A stretch of DNA of 63,764 nt, filler included, from Bacteroidales bacterium (lineage in GTDB: Bacteria; Bacteroidota; Bacteroidia; Bacteroidales; CAIWKO01): assembly GCA_035389045.1 (NCBI GenBank). It is 3 parts of 3 records of this genome, joined end to end, with 100 filler letters (N's around TTAATTAATTAA, not from the genome) between each part and the next. Parts side by side here need not be neighbours in the genome. Positions count along the whole stretch, not along the records: positions 1 to 24,998 come from DAOORA010000066.1; 2 more parts are not named here. One strand, 5' to 3'. Positions within the stretch are counted from its first letter, which is position 1; the number at the start of each line of letters is the position of its first letter. The position numbers were made by a program, and so were the translations under genes. Of this stretch, positions 9,443 to 20,187 are shown piece after piece. A model generated the notes under the pieces. It ran no database searches, was not told the DNA's origin, and saw nothing but the letters and a program-made list of their open reading frames with translations.

Positions 9443-10726
9443 TTAGGATTGTTTAAATTTTTGTTCTTTCACCAGCAGCCATAAGAAGCCGGATATGGTC
9501 AGTGAAACGGCGCTGATGATAAAGATCAGTATTTTATTTTCGGCTGCCTGTATAAGACCTCCGAAAAACAAACTTACAATCAGTTGGGGTATAACGACCG
9601 ACAGGTTAAAAATACCCATAAAAAGTCCCATTTTGACTTTATCAACCATTTCGGTCATGATGGCAAAAGGCAGGCTGACCACCGAAGCCCATCCGATACC
9701 GGCAACCACCATCAGAAAATACAGAGCCATTGCGGAGTGGCCGAACAGGACAATGCCCCAGTAACCAAGCGCCATAATGAAGATACAGGACAGATGAGTT
9801 TTTACCCGGCCGATTTTTCTGGTAAGAGGCTCCAGCACCGGTGCGGGTAAGATAAACCCTACCGTGTTTAATATGGCAAAGGCTATAGCGATGATCTGGC
9901 CAATTTCATTTTTCTGGCTTTGTTCGAGTAATGAAGAATCGGTTATATTAAATTTAAACTGGCTGATATAGGCAAAAATGTAGACGAACATGGTTTGTAC
10001 TCCAAGCCAGGTGAAGGCATGGGCGACATATATTTTCAGCAAAGCGCCTGTTTTTGTTTTGTGCCTGACGGGAATTTCACCGGAGCTGTTCTCTGCTGTT
10101 GCTGTGGTGTCAAGGCGTCGGGGCTCTTTAATAAAAAGTGTCGGGATAATGGAAAAGAAAAACGTGATGGCAGCCCCTGTATATATCAGTGCATAATTGC
10201 CGAATATGGCGCCAAACACATAGGCAAACACACCGAAAAACCCCGATATGGTCTGCATCCAGCTATAACCTTTGGTCCTGTGGGCGCCGTCGGGTGTAAC
10301 ATCGGCAATCAGTGAACGTGTAGGGTTAAAACTGATATTGATCGCCATATCGAGGGTCACGGCAACGGCTATGGCTACCGATATCAGGCTTCCTGTGCCC
10401 AGGTAATCATTGATCTCACCGATATGCGGCAGGGCAACGATCATAAGAGCGGCAAGAGTACCGCCAATTAATATAAAGGGCCTCCTCCGTCCACCCCAGA
10501 ACCATGTTTTATCGCTGATAAAACCTATGATGACCTGACCGAGTATTCCGGCAATAGGTCCTGCTGCCCATACAATCCCCACCTGGTGAATATCGAGATT
10601 GTATTTGGTACTCAATATCCAGCTTAGCACGGCTATTTGTATGGATAGTGCAAACCCCATGGCCGTTGCGGGCAAACTTAAGATAACATAAAAAAAGTTA
10701 GTGCGTTTTTTCTGAATGTTCAGCAT
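9443..10726 (-). CDS. MFS sugar transporter (maltose/sucrose-porter-like)
   Basis: About 12 hydrophobic segments; SDKTWFWGGRRRPFIL motif; MGLFMGIFNLSVVIPQ; located inside the starch locus. Confidence 0.85.
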   Translation of the reverse strand: MLNIQKKRTNFFYVILSLPATAMGFALSIQIAVLSWILSTKYNLDIHQVGIVWAAGPIAGILGQVIIGFISDKTWFWGGRRRPFILIGGTLAALMIVALPHIGEINDYLGTGSLISVAIAVAVTLDMAINISFNPTRSLIADVTPDGAHRTKGYSWMQTISGFFGVFAYVFGAIFGNYALIYTGAAITFFFSIIPTLFIKEPRRLDTTATAENSSGEIPVRHKTKTGALLKIYVAHAFTWLGVQTMFVYIFAYISQFKFNITDSSLLEQSQKNEIGQIIAIAFAILNTVGFILPAPVLEPLTRKIGRVKTHLSCIFIMALGYWGIVLFGHSAMALYFLMVVAGIGWASVVSLPFAIMTEMVDKVKMGLFMGIFNLSVVIPQLIVSLFFGGLIQAAENKILIFIISAVSLTISGFLWLLVKEQKFKQS

Positions 10727-10756
10727 AATAAGGTGTATTAAAAAGTCAGTATGTGT

Positions 10757-12625
10757 TTAGTGGGCCAATTCGAGTACCAGGGCGGTTTTTGGCGCTACGG
10801 CTATGGTGCTTATTTTATTCAGTAGTTCGCCCGTCACGATGTTTTTTGCCTTTTTATGATCTTTGATGACCTCAGCAAACCGGCTGGTTTCTACAAGTTG
10901 TTCGCTCAGGTTCTGGTTCACGATCACCATTACAGTTTTTGTGTCATTATACCTGAAATAGACATAAACCCCGTTGTCAGGAACGAATTGTAAAAGCTTA
11001 CCGTTTTGCAAAACAGGATTATTTTTTCTGTAGTCGGCAAGTGTACACAGATAACTGAATGCCTCGTTTTCTTTGATGGTTCTGCCGTTTTTCCGGAATT
11101 TGTTTATGGCGTCCTTTTTCCATCCTCCGGCGAAATCTTCCCGTAATTTTTCATCCGGGTTTCCGAAATTTTTCATCAGGATTTCTGTCCCGTAATATAT
11201 CATCGGAATACCACGGGTAGTAAGCAGAATGGTGACACCCATCTTATATTTATCCAAATCTTCACCTGTCACACTGTAAAAACGGGCAAGGTCATGATTG
11301 TCAAGAAATACAACATTTCCATAAGGATTTTTATACAGGTAATCATTGGCAAGGCAGTAATAAATGGCCGCAACGCCATCGGTCCACCCAAAATCACGGG
11401 TCAGAGCATTTGTCAGAGCTGCATAAAGTTGAAAATCAGTAACTCCTGGCAACTGCGGGTCGTATTTGTTTTTGAGCCCTGAATTTTTTGTGTAATAAGC
11501 CTGGTTGGCAAGTCCGCTGACCCATGTTTCGCCGAACAGACCTAAATGGGGATATTCCTCGAATATTGCTTTCGTAAGATTAGTCATAAATTGCTGATCC
11601 GGATAAACATAGGTATCGAGCCTTATCCCGTCGATGCCCGAATATTCGATCCACCAGATAGTGTTTTGGATGAGGTAGGTTGCCAGCAAAGTATCCTGCT
11701 GATTCAGGTCGGGCATATGCTTGTCGAACCAGCCGTCGGTGAAACGTATTTTGTCGGCTTCCGAAGCATACGGATCCATAAGGGTTACGTCGCGATAATT
11801 GGTTTTATAATAGGAATCAAAAAGATGAAACCATTTTTTTGATGGAGCCTCTTTGTACATCCAGCTCTGATTGCCGACATGGTTGAATACCAAATCCATA
11901 ACCACTTTTAAGCCGGAATCGTGACAGTTTTTAACGAGATCGGCATAAAGCTGATTGCTGCCTAAGCGGGGATCAACCTGATAATGGTCGGTGATCGCAT
12001 AACCATGGTAGGAGGCAAAAGGCTGGTTGGTTTCAAAAACGGGTGTGATCCAGAGCGCTGTTACCCCGAGTTCTTTAAAATAATCAAGGTGGCTGATCAC
12101 GCCATGCAGATCGCCTCCATGTCGTGAAAACAGCGAATCTCTGCAGAATAAAGAATCCTGCATGCCGGCAATATGATCGTTGGCTTCGTCGCCGTTCGCA
12201 AAACGGTCGGGGATAATCAGGTAAATGAAATCAGAACTGCTGACACCCTGATGTTCAAGCGTGTTTATTTTTCTTTCTTTCAATTCATATTCATAGGTAT
12301 AAGTACTGGTCCCCTTTGTAAATTTAACCGGAAATTTTCCGGAAATGGTTTCTGCAGCGATATTCAGTTTCAGAAATACATAATCCGGGTTTTCGGCTTT
12401 GATCAGTTTTTCAACAGTGATACCCGTTTTATCAATGGATACTGTATAATCCTGGATGTTTTTTCCCTTGAACATGATTTCAAGAGTGGGATTTTTCATG
12501 CCCGCCCACCAGAAAGGAGGATCGGCTCTCTCGATGTTAAAGGTTTGCGAAACGGCAGCATAAGCCGTAAAATAGAGGAAAGCAAGTATTGCAAAAATCT
12601 TTTTCTTCATGTGCGGAGATTGCAT
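10757..12625 (-). CDS. susA: SusA-like neopullulanase/cyclomaltodextrinase (GH13)
   Basis: PPFWWAGMKNP N-terminal domain, YLIIPDRFANGD, YHGYAITD, DGIRLDTY, GETW, DNHDL; start may be ATG 12610. Confidence 0.85.
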   Translation of the reverse strand: MQSPHMKKKIFAILAFLYFTAYAAVSQTFNIERADPPFWWAGMKNPTLEIMFKGKNIQDYTVSIDKTGITVEKLIKAENPDYVFLKLNIAAETISGKFPVKFTKGTSTYTYEYELKERKINTLEHQGVSSSDFIYLIIPDRFANGDEANDHIAGMQDSLFCRDSLFSRHGGDLHGVISHLDYFKELGVTALWITPVFETNQPFASYHGYAITDHYQVDPRLGSNQLYADLVKNCHDSGLKVVMDLVFNHVGNQSWMYKEAPSKKWFHLFDSYYKTNYRDVTLMDPYASEADKIRFTDGWFDKHMPDLNQQDTLLATYLIQNTIWWIEYSGIDGIRLDTYVYPDQQFMTNLTKAIFEEYPHLGLFGETWVSGLANQAYYTKNSGLKNKYDPQLPGVTDFQLYAALTNALTRDFGWTDGVAAIYYCLANDYLYKNPYGNVVFLDNHDLARFYSVTGEDLDKYKMGVTILLTTRGIPMIYYGTEILMKNFGNPDEKLREDFAGGWKKDAINKFRKNGRTIKENEAFSYLCTLADYRKNNPVLQNGKLLQFVPDNGVYVYFRYNDTKTVMVIVNQNLSEQLVETSRFAEVIKDHKKAKNIVTGELLNKISTIAVAPKTALVLELAH

Positions 12626-12634
12626 GTTTGCGCA

Positions 12635-14053
12635 TTATGGATTTTGCACCATGAGAGGATTTCCTGACATTTCTTCCTGCGGGATCTTAAACAACAGGCT
12701 GGGATGATTCCATGGTATGTTGTCCCTTTCATTCATTTTCATGCGTTTGATGTTGTGATAGCGGTCACCCTCTGCAATCATTTCTCTTCTGCGTTCAAGA
12801 CGCACACTGTCAATCAGATTGTTCGGATCTATAGTTTCGGGGACCCAGTTTGAGCCATAAGCTCTTTGTTTGACGGCTGCGTAACAGTCGTATGTGTTTT
12901 GAGAAACATTCCCCGAAAGTATATCCGATTCTGCTTTGATGAGGTACATCTCGGCAAGCCTCAGGATGGATACATTGTATGCGGGATTTGAGGAAAAAGG
13001 ATTGATGTATTTTTTAAAACTGATATAGCCATTAAAAGGATTGATGCTGACATATTTCGTTCTGCGGCTGTCCAGTGTGCTATATAGTTTTTTTAGGGTG
13101 TCTGCGCCCGAAAACAAGGGCGCTGATCCGTCTGATGGGTTGTAGCTGTAAGTAATAGCGTTACTTTGGTCGGTGGTGATATTCACAAGCTGAAAAATAG
13201 ATTCGGAGGTGGCCACATCTCCGGAAGTCTGAAAAACCTTGCATATATCAGCATTTGAGTTCAGTGCATATCCCCCGGTTGTGATAATTTCATTGGCATA
13301 AGTGGCTGCACTGGTATAGTCTCCTTTGGAAAGACATACTCTTGCGAGATAGGATGTGGCAGCCATTTCAGAAGCCCTGCTTGATGATTTTTTGATGTTT
13401 GCAACGGCCAGCAGGGTCTTTGCCTGGGTCAGATCATTAATAACGTTGGAATATACTTCCTCAACCGTATTCCTGGCCATGGCGAGATCATCGAATCCCG
13501 ACAGTGTGGGTTTGGTACGGTATGGGATTCCGGGCTGCGTATTTCCGCCCGGGTTGTCCACATCGTAAGGGAGCGCCCAGAAGCGTAAGATCTCAAAATG
13601 TGCAATGGCACGAATAAACAAGGCTTCTCCTTTGTACCGGTCTTTTACGCTTTCAAAGTCAGCGCCGCTGAGCAAATTGTTATCAATGTAATAGATAACC
13701 AGGTTTGCCCTGTTGATGGTGCTGTAAGCCGCCGACCACATATTACGCAAAGGGCTGAGCTGTACGGTGGTGGTACGTTCATATATTTCGCGTGTCCCGA
13801 AATTGGTCAGTCTTGATTCCTCTACTTTGGTGTCTTCGGCAAGCAGTTCGGCATAAACGACCATATTGCCTCCAAGCACATTGCCCGACTGCAGCCCGTC
13901 GTAAGCGCCCATCAGAACAGCTTCGAGGTCTTTCACGGATGTTATGGCTTCATCGCTGGGTATGTTCATCACCTGCTCCACATCAAGGAATTTTTTGCAG
14001 GAAAAACTGAAGGTAACAAAAAATAGTACAGTAATAATTATTATCTTTTTCAT
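12635..14053 (-). CDS. susD: SusD/RagB family glycan-binding lipoprotein
   Basis: MKKIIII...FSFSC lipobox (start taken at ATG 14053); GEALFIRA, LRLAEMYLIKAE, ERRREMIAEGDRY; directly downstream of susC. Confidence 0.9.
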   Translation of the reverse strand: MKKIIIITVLFFVTFSFSCKKFLDVEQVMNIPSDEAITSVKDLEAVLMGAYDGLQSGNVLGGNMVVYAELLAEDTKVEESRLTNFGTREIYERTTTVQLSPLRNMWSAAYSTINRANLVIYYIDNNLLSGADFESVKDRYKGEALFIRAIAHFEILRFWALPYDVDNPGGNTQPGIPYRTKPTLSGFDDLAMARNTVEEVYSNVINDLTQAKTLLAVANIKKSSSRASEMAATSYLARVCLSKGDYTSAATYANEIITTGGYALNSNADICKVFQTSGDVATSESIFQLVNITTDQSNAITYSYNPSDGSAPLFSGADTLKKLYSTLDSRRTKYVSINPFNGYISFKKYINPFSSNPAYNVSILRLAEMYLIKAESDILSGNVSQNTYDCYAAVKQRAYGSNWVPETIDPNNLIDSVRLERRREMIAEGDRYHNIKRMKMNERDNIPWNHPSLLFKIPQEEMSGNPLMVQNP

Positions 14054-14088
14054 AGATTTAGAATATTTATAATTATTAAACATTAAGG

Positions 14089-17000
14089 TTAAAAAGTAAT
14101 ATTAAACCCAGCGTTTACCGTCATTGCCTGAGGCGTTTGCAACGATGGTCCGGCAAAGGAGACATTGCCCTGCTGGCTGTTGGTATTGACGTTTCTCAGC
14201 ACCTCGGGATCCCATCCCGGATATTTGGTAAAAGTGAGCAGGTTGGTACCATTTACAAAAATTTTAAATGCTTCCAGGTGCATCTTCTTACAAATTTTTT
14301 CGGAGAACTTGTAAGAGAGGGTTGCACACCTCAGCCTTAGATAGGACGCATCATATAAAAACCGGCTGGAATTGGTGGCTTTATACAGGCTTAATTTCGG
14401 AACATCAGTGTCAGTATTATCATCGCTCCAGGCTTCGAGGATGTCCGGCCTCTGGGCTATCTTATCCCAGGCGCCTATCTGCTGCTTGGCCGGATCGTCG
14501 TAGATGGTATTGCCATACACATAACTAAACAAAAAACTAAATTCTATGTTCAGATAAGAGAATGTATTGGTAATTCCGCCGAGGAATTTAGGAATCGGAC
14601 TCCCGCAAGGCACGCGGTTTTCGTAAAAATCGGGGTTGTTTGAAGTCATCAGGTTCCCGTTCAGGTCATAGTACATATCTTGTCCTGCTTTTACATTTTC
14701 TGTACCGGTTACGTTGCCGTTTGCGTCATACACATTAATCGTGCCATCACTCTGCTGTATCCCGGCATATCTGACCACGTAAGCCTGGCCTACGGGGTAA
14801 CCGGTAATGACACGCCCTTCGCCGGGTTCTCCGCTTTCAAACGCATCGGGTTCCAGCCCGGCAACATCAATGACTTTATTTCTGTTGAACGAGATATTGA
14901 AATCAGTAGTCCATTTGAATTTTTTATCGATGTTTTTCGACAGTATCGTTACTTCCCAGCCATCGTTATTCATTTTTCCGATATTTTGCCATATATAGCT
15001 GTATCCTGTTGAGGTAGGCAGCGAAAGCTGCATCAGCATGTCGGTGGTTCTTTTGAAATAATAGGTAATGGTGCCGCTTAATCTGTTTTTGAAAAATCCC
15101 CAGTCGAGTGTTACATCCAGTTGTTTCGATTTTTCCCAGCTCAGGTCAGGGTTGGGTAATGTTCCCGGGATAATTCCGGGGCTTCCGGCGTATCCGCTGC
15201 CTGCATAATAAAGGCCAAGGTAAGCAAAATCCCCGATGTTGGCATTACCTGTTAACCCGTAGCTGGCGCGGAGTTTCAGATAACTCAATGCTTTAAAACC
15301 TGAAAGGAAATTTTCGTCCGATACGATCCATGCCGCCGATACCGCGGGGAACCATCCGTAACGTTTGTTTTTGCCAAAGCGTGATGAGCCATCATTTCTG
15401 ATGCTGAACGCGAGGATGTATTTGTTAAAGAGCTTGTAATTGACCCGCAGAAAATTAGAAACAAACCGGTACCCTGATTCATAGTGATAGCCGGTCTTGT
15501 TAGCAGCTTCTGCTGCATTGGGGGTGGTCAAATAGTCATTGGGGAAATCCCATCCGTTGAGGCCAACCTGAACCCTTTTGGAGCTTTCGACCGAATTTCC
15601 GAGGGTTGCGGTAATTTCATGAATATCCCGGAACGTTTTCTGATAGGTGAAAAAATTGTTTGCAGTCCAGTTTATCACGTTGCTGTTTCTGTTCCATGCA
15701 CTGGATACCGAAGTGGGGTCCTGAGTGTTTCGGAAATCAAACTGGTCTTCCACTTCATCCATCAGGTCCGTACCGAATTCCGAACGGAATTTCAGGTCTT
15801 TGGTAAAGGTATATTCACCAAAAACATTGGCAATGGTACGGAAGGTTTTTACTTTGTAAGTCTTGGTATCCAGCTCCCATACGGGGTTACTCGGGTATCC
15901 ACTCATGGTCGGATAAAAATAGGTGCCATCAGCATTATATACAGGCAGATACTGGAACATTCGCTGTGCATCGCCTAATCCGCCGGCATCTCCGATAGGA
16001 ACCCTGTTGTTTGTGGAATAGCTGATCCCAACATTGCTTCCCAGTGTGAGTTTTTTAGTGGCTTTATATTCGATATTGAGACGCCCGTTGATTTTTTCAT
16101 AGGTGTTGCCCACGAGAAACCCTTTTTCCTTCAGATACGTACCGCCAATATAAAAAATCGTCTTATCATTACCTCCCGATGCAGAAAGACCTGCCTGCAC
16201 ATTATATCCCATCTGGAGCACTTTGTCTATCCAGTCTGTTCCACCAAGAGCAGCAAGCGAATCGGCCTGCCCCCTTGTCCATGTGCCATATATGGCCGAT
16301 GTTTTGGGTTCGGGCGCCATGCCTAGTTCAGCCCTGTATTGGTCGCGTAATGCAAGCTGTTCTTTAGCGGTGATAAGATCGAGCCGGTTTGTTTCTCTGA
16401 CGATGCCTGATGAGAAATTAACATCGAATTTTGTTTTTCCTGCTTTTCCTTTTTTTGTGGTGATGATCACTACCCCGTTAGCGCCCCTTGAACCATAAAT
16501 GGCTGCTGAGGCAGCATCTTTTAAAACCTCCATTGATTCAATGTCGTTGGGGTCAAGGTTTGAAAGGGCATTGGTTCCTGAGCCTAAGGATCCGGAACTC
16601 AGGTCGCCGGAAATAATCGGTATGCCGTCAACAACATACAACGGCTCGCTTCCGGCAGAAATGGAGCTGGTACCGCGGATGCTGATTTTTACGGGCGCCC
16701 CTGCAACGCCATTGGCCGCAGTAACCTGAACTCCTGATGCACGCCCCTGTATGGCCTGCTCAAAGCTGGTGCTGCCCGGCGATTGCGCAATATCTTTGGC
16801 TTTTATCGTTTCTATGGAACCGGTCACATCGCGTTTTTGCTTGACTCCATAACCAACAACTACCATTTCATTCAGCAGGTATACCTCTTCTTTCATCATA
16901 AAATCCAGTGTCTTGTCCGTGGTAAGGTCTACTTCTGTTTCTGTTTTTTTATAGCCCATCATATAGGCGACCACGGTATATTTGCCGGGATCCAGCTTTA

Positions 17001-17196
17001 AAATGGTGTATTTTCCGTCAATATCTGTAAACGTACCTATCGTTGTGCCTTTTATTGCAATAGAAACACCGATCATCGGCAGGTTTTTCTCATCGGCCAC
17101 GGTGCCGCTGACCGAAACTTTCTGTGCATAACCGGACAGGTTAAGCAACAGGTAAGCAGTCCAGAAAATAAAAAAATATACTATTTTTTTCATCAT
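14089..17196 (-). CDS. susC: SusC/RagA family TonB-dependent transporter
   Basis: VVVGYG, EPLYVVDGIP, VLKDAASAAIYGSRGANGVVIITTK, DGSSRFG, NPDLSWEK, C-terminal F; start taken at ATG 17196 because a -7 box at 17250-17257 leaves almost no leader for ATG 17241. Confidence 0.95.
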   Translation of the reverse strand: MMKKIVYFFIFWTAYLLLNLSGYAQKVSVSGTVADEKNLPMIGVSIAIKGTTIGTFTDIDGKYTILKLDPGKYTVVAYMMGYKKTETEVDLTTDKTLDFMMKEEVYLLNEMVVVGYGVKQKRDVTGSIETIKAKDIAQSPGSTSFEQAIQGRASGVQVTAANGVAGAPVKISIRGTSSISAGSEPLYVVDGIPIISGDLSSGSLGSGTNALSNLDPNDIESMEVLKDAASAAIYGSRGANGVVIITTKKGKAGKTKFDVNFSSGIVRETNRLDLITAKEQLALRDQYRAELGMAPEPKTSAIYGTWTRGQADSLAALGGTDWIDKVLQMGYNVQAGLSASGGNDKTIFYIGGTYLKEKGFLVGNTYEKINGRLNIEYKATKKLTLGSNVGISYSTNNRVPIGDAGGLGDAQRMFQYLPVYNADGTYFYPTMSGYPSNPVWELDTKTYKVKTFRTIANVFGEYTFTKDLKFRSEFGTDLMDEVEDQFDFRNTQDPTSVSSAWNRNSNVINWTANNFFTYQKTFRDIHEITATLGNSVESSKRVQVGLNGWDFPNDYLTTPNAAEAANKTGYHYESGYRFVSNFLRVNYKLFNKYILAFSIRNDGSSRFGKNKRYGWFPAVSAAWIVSDENFLSGFKALSYLKLRASYGLTGNANIGDFAYLGLYYAGSGYAGSPGIIPGTLPNPDLSWEKSKQLDVTLDWGFFKNRLSGTITYYFKRTTDMLMQLSLPTSTGYSYIWQNIGKMNNDGWEVTILSKNIDKKFKWTTDFNISFNRNKVIDVAGLEPDAFESGEPGEGRVITGYPVGQAYVVRYAGIQQSDGTINVYDANGNVTGTENVKAGQDMYYDLNGNLMTSNNPDFYENRVPCGSPIPKFLGGITNTFSYLNIEFSFLFSYVYGNTIYDDPAKQQIGAWDKIAQRPDILEAWSDDNTDTDVPKLSLYKATNSSRFLYDASYLRLRCATLSYKFSEKICKKMHLEAFKIFVNGTNLLTFTKYPGWDPEVLRNVNTNSQQGNVSFAGPSLQTPQAMTVNAGFNITF

Positions 17197-17249
17197 AAAA
17201 AATTTTGAACTAATAATTTGTTTAGGTTCAGAATGGTACATTAAAGGTG

Positions 17250-17257
17250 CAAAAGTA
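17250..17257 (-). promoter_or_regulatory. -7 promoter element for the susC-susD-susA-MFS operon
   Basis: TACTTTTG(CAC) on the minus strand upstream of susC. Confidence 0.6.
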
Positions 17258-17691
17258 TTAAAATATTATTTTAAAAAGGGAGATGTTAGCATTATTATAT
17301 GAGCTTATGATTTGTCGTTTTGACAAATATGTTCCTGGTAAACGAATTTATAATCAAGATAATAAATAATAAAACAAGGATTTGTATTAAATTCGTCAAT
17401 AGGGTTACATTGAGTGCTGATTTTTAATTACCGCCATCCCGGAAAGGTACGTGCAAGGCTACGCCGGTCAGGCGGATGGTGAAAACTAATAAGTCGCCCT
17501 TTGTGTTTGGTTCAGCCAAATTGATCTTGCTTTTATAGCGTACGATTAAAAAAATAAATTGTCATTATAAAAGAACTTATCAACAAAAAATAAATTTGTT
17601 AATGTGGTGAAATGAGTACTTTTATATGCTTTTATGATATGAGGTCATTGCACTTGTTTCAAATGTTTCATGAAATGTAAGTAAGCAAAAT

Positions 17692-19176
17692 ATGAATTTT
17701 AAAAGACAAAGTGGTATATTGCTGCACCCCACGTCACTTCCAGGTGATCATGGGATTGGCACTATTGGAAAAGAAGCCTTTGATTTTATTGACTTTCTTT
17801 CGGTATCCGGACAGAAACTCTGGCAGATATTGCCTTTGGGCCCTACGGGTTTTGGAGAATCTCCTTATCAGTGTTTTTCTTCCATTGCCGGAAATCCCCT
17901 GCTGATAAGTCTCGAACGCCTTGAAGCGGAGGGGTTGTTAGGCGCATCGGATATAGCCGATCATACGGGAAAATATGCGAGGCATGTTGATTTTAAAAGG
18001 ATACGGAAAGAAAAAACACTGTTGCTGAACAAAGCATTCAGGTCGTTTAAGAAATACATCAATGACCATAATGATTTCAATACATTTTGTTCGCTGAATT
18101 CAGCATGGCTTGATGATTTTTCTCTTTACCTTGCGTTGAAAGAAGAATTTCGTTATAAAGCATGGAACGCCTGGCCCAAAGCGGTAAAATTCCGTGATTC
18201 GGAAACGCTTGAAATGTACAGTGAAAAATTAAAGGATAAGATTTTATATCATAAGTTTGTTCAGTATACTTTTTTTAAGCAATGGAAAGAACTGAAAAAC
18301 TATGCCCGTAAAAAAAACATCAGTATCGTCGGCGACATTCCTCTTTATGTGGCTTACGACAGTGTTGATGCGTGGACAAAACCTGAGAATTTTTTGTTCG
18401 ACACTGAGGGGCGGCCCGTTCAGGTTTCCGGAGTTCCGCCCGACTATTTCAGCGCTACGGGTCAGTTGTGGGGCAACCCCGTTTACAACTGGGAATACCT
18501 TGAAAAAGACGGTTTTTCCTGGTGGATTGAACGGATAAAGGCCTGCCTGGAACTTTATGATATCATCAGAATAGATCATTTCAGGGGGCTATCGGCATTC
18601 TGGTCTATTCCTTACGGCGAAAAAACTGCCGTGAACGGAACATGGGTAAATGCTTCAGGTAAAAAATTGTTCAAAACTCTTATTCACGAATTAGGCGAAA
18701 TTCCGATCATTGCGGAAGATCTTGGCGTGATTACACCTGATGTCGAAGCGCTCCGTGATGGTTTCGGATTTCCGGGAATGAAAATTCTGCAGTTTGCTTT
18801 CGACGCCAAAGAAGATAATAATTACCTGCCTCATACCTATACAGAAAATTGTGTGGTGTACACCGGCACGCATGATAACAACACCTCGCTGGGCTGGTAC
18901 GAAAATGCTTCCAGTGCCGATAAGAAAAAATTTAAGGAATACATTGACGGTTATATTGATGAGGGACCTGCAAGAGCCATGATCCGGCTTGCATGGGCTT
19001 CCGTGGCCAATATAGCCATTGTTCCTTTACAGGATGTTCTAGAACTTGGGGCACAAGCCCGTATGAACATGCCCGGAACCCTCTCAAAAAACTGGATATG
19101 GAAATACAGGCCAGGCGATCTCACCGCAAAACATGCGGTATGGCTGAAAAATCTGACAGAAACTTATGGCAGGTAG
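17692..19176 (+). CDS. malQ: 4-alpha-glucanotransferase (amylomaltase, GH77)
   Basis: SGILLHPTSLP, WQILPLGP, GVPPDYFS.TGQLWGNP, RIDHFRG, IAEDLG, YTGTHDN. Confidence 0.95.
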   Translation: MNFKRQSGILLHPTSLPGDHGIGTIGKEAFDFIDFLSVSGQKLWQILPLGPTGFGESPYQCFSSIAGNPLLISLERLEAEGLLGASDIADHTGKYARHVDFKRIRKEKTLLLNKAFRSFKKYINDHNDFNTFCSLNSAWLDDFSLYLALKEEFRYKAWNAWPKAVKFRDSETLEMYSEKLKDKILYHKFVQYTFFKQWKELKNYARKKNISIVGDIPLYVAYDSVDAWTKPENFLFDTEGRPVQVSGVPPDYFSATGQLWGNPVYNWEYLEKDGFSWWIERIKACLELYDIIRIDHFRGLSAFWSIPYGEKTAVNGTWVNASGKKLFKTLIHELGEIPIIAEDLGVITPDVEALRDGFGFPGMKILQFAFDAKEDNNYLPHTYTENCVVYTGTHDNNTSLGWYENASSADKKKFKEYIDGYIDEGPARAMIRLAWASVANIAIVPLQDVLELGAQARMNMPGTLSKNWIWKYRPGDLTAKHAVWLKNLTETYGR

Positions 19177-19203
19177 TTTGGGGGAAGACTTGCATTCTAA
19201 TTC

Positions 19204-19881
19204 TTATCCGTGAAATTTATCTTCATTCCAGCGTGCAGGATTGTTTTTGATATAATTTTTGATGTTCCAATATGACTGGTCGTCACGTATGATATGATCG
19301 TAATAATCTATTTGCCAGTTTTTATTTTGTGGCGTTTTGTTCAGGATGTTTATTTGTTTTGATGTCTGCATTTTTAGTTTTCCGATGATCATCGGAATGA
19401 GCATGCGTCTGCGCAATTTCCGGTATTGTTTTAATACATCTTTATTTGCCAGGCACCCTGCAGCGTTGATTGCGTCAATGATTTTGTTATATTCATGATT
19501 ATCAATATCCCGCTGATCAAATTCATGAATTTGACCGGCGATTTCATTATTAAAAAAATAATCCCCCAATTCAATGATCATATGAATATGATTGGGCATT
19601 ACAATATTTTCGTCAAGAATTACGCGCGGATGATACGTCGGCAATTTTTCAATTTCGTCAGAAACGCATTTGCCGGCATCTGACAATTTCATTGTTTTGT
19701 TCACGATGTTTCCGAACAACATTTCCATGTTTTGTGTGCAGACCGTAATAAAATATTTAGCCGGTGCTGAATAATTCCATAACTGCCATCTGTTTGGAGT
19801 ATCTTTGTATCGTTTGTTAATTGCTGCTGACATGAGTTCTCTGATTGATTTTTTATTAATTGACGTGTCGGACAAATTCAC
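19204..19881 (-). mobile_element. REP-associated tyrosine transposase (RAYT, Y1/HUH family)
   Basis: YFITVCT, HUH motif MPNHIHMI, WQIDYYDHIIR, YIKNNP catalytic Tyr; REP palindromes immediately upstream; start may be ATG 19833. Confidence 0.85.
19511..19540. repeat. Degenerate REP palindrome embedded in the RAYT coding sequence
   Basis: CGCTGATCAAATTC-AT-GAATTTGACCGGCG shares the CAAATTC-nn-GAATTTG core of the upstream REPs and encodes AGQIHEFDQR. Confidence 0.6.
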
Positions 19882-20007
19882 GAATTTGTCCGAAATACTC
19901 TAATTCAAACTCTAATTTATTTTTTTCTTTCTGTGTTCAAACAAATCGATTATGATTACATCATTTTTTTGTATTAATAGTCGGACAAATTCGTGAATTT
20001 GTCCGAC
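19867..20007. repeat. Inverted pair of REP palindromes (REPIN-like) upstream of the RAYT
   Basis: 19867-19893 GTCGGACAAATTCACGAATTTGTCCGA is the exact reverse complement of 19981-20007; each copy is itself a 12-13 bp hairpin with a 2-nt loop. Confidence 0.85.
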
Positions 20008-20187
20008 CGACTGATCTTCATATTCAAAAAATTTTTTTAAAATAAAAAAAAATTGTCCGAATCCAAATATTGTAAATTATTTTGTAAAAAATAAACTTTT
20101 ATTAAAAAATTTCAATAATGATATTTATTTCTTATTTTTATACCGTTATATCCTTTTCGTTGTTGTTATTAATATTAATTTAAGATT

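Noticed and set aside
17430..17482. GC-rich CCATCC...GGATGG stem between susC and malQ as a riboswitch or sRNA
   Set aside because: Only a short stem; no recognisable riboswitch motifs and no second copy in the window
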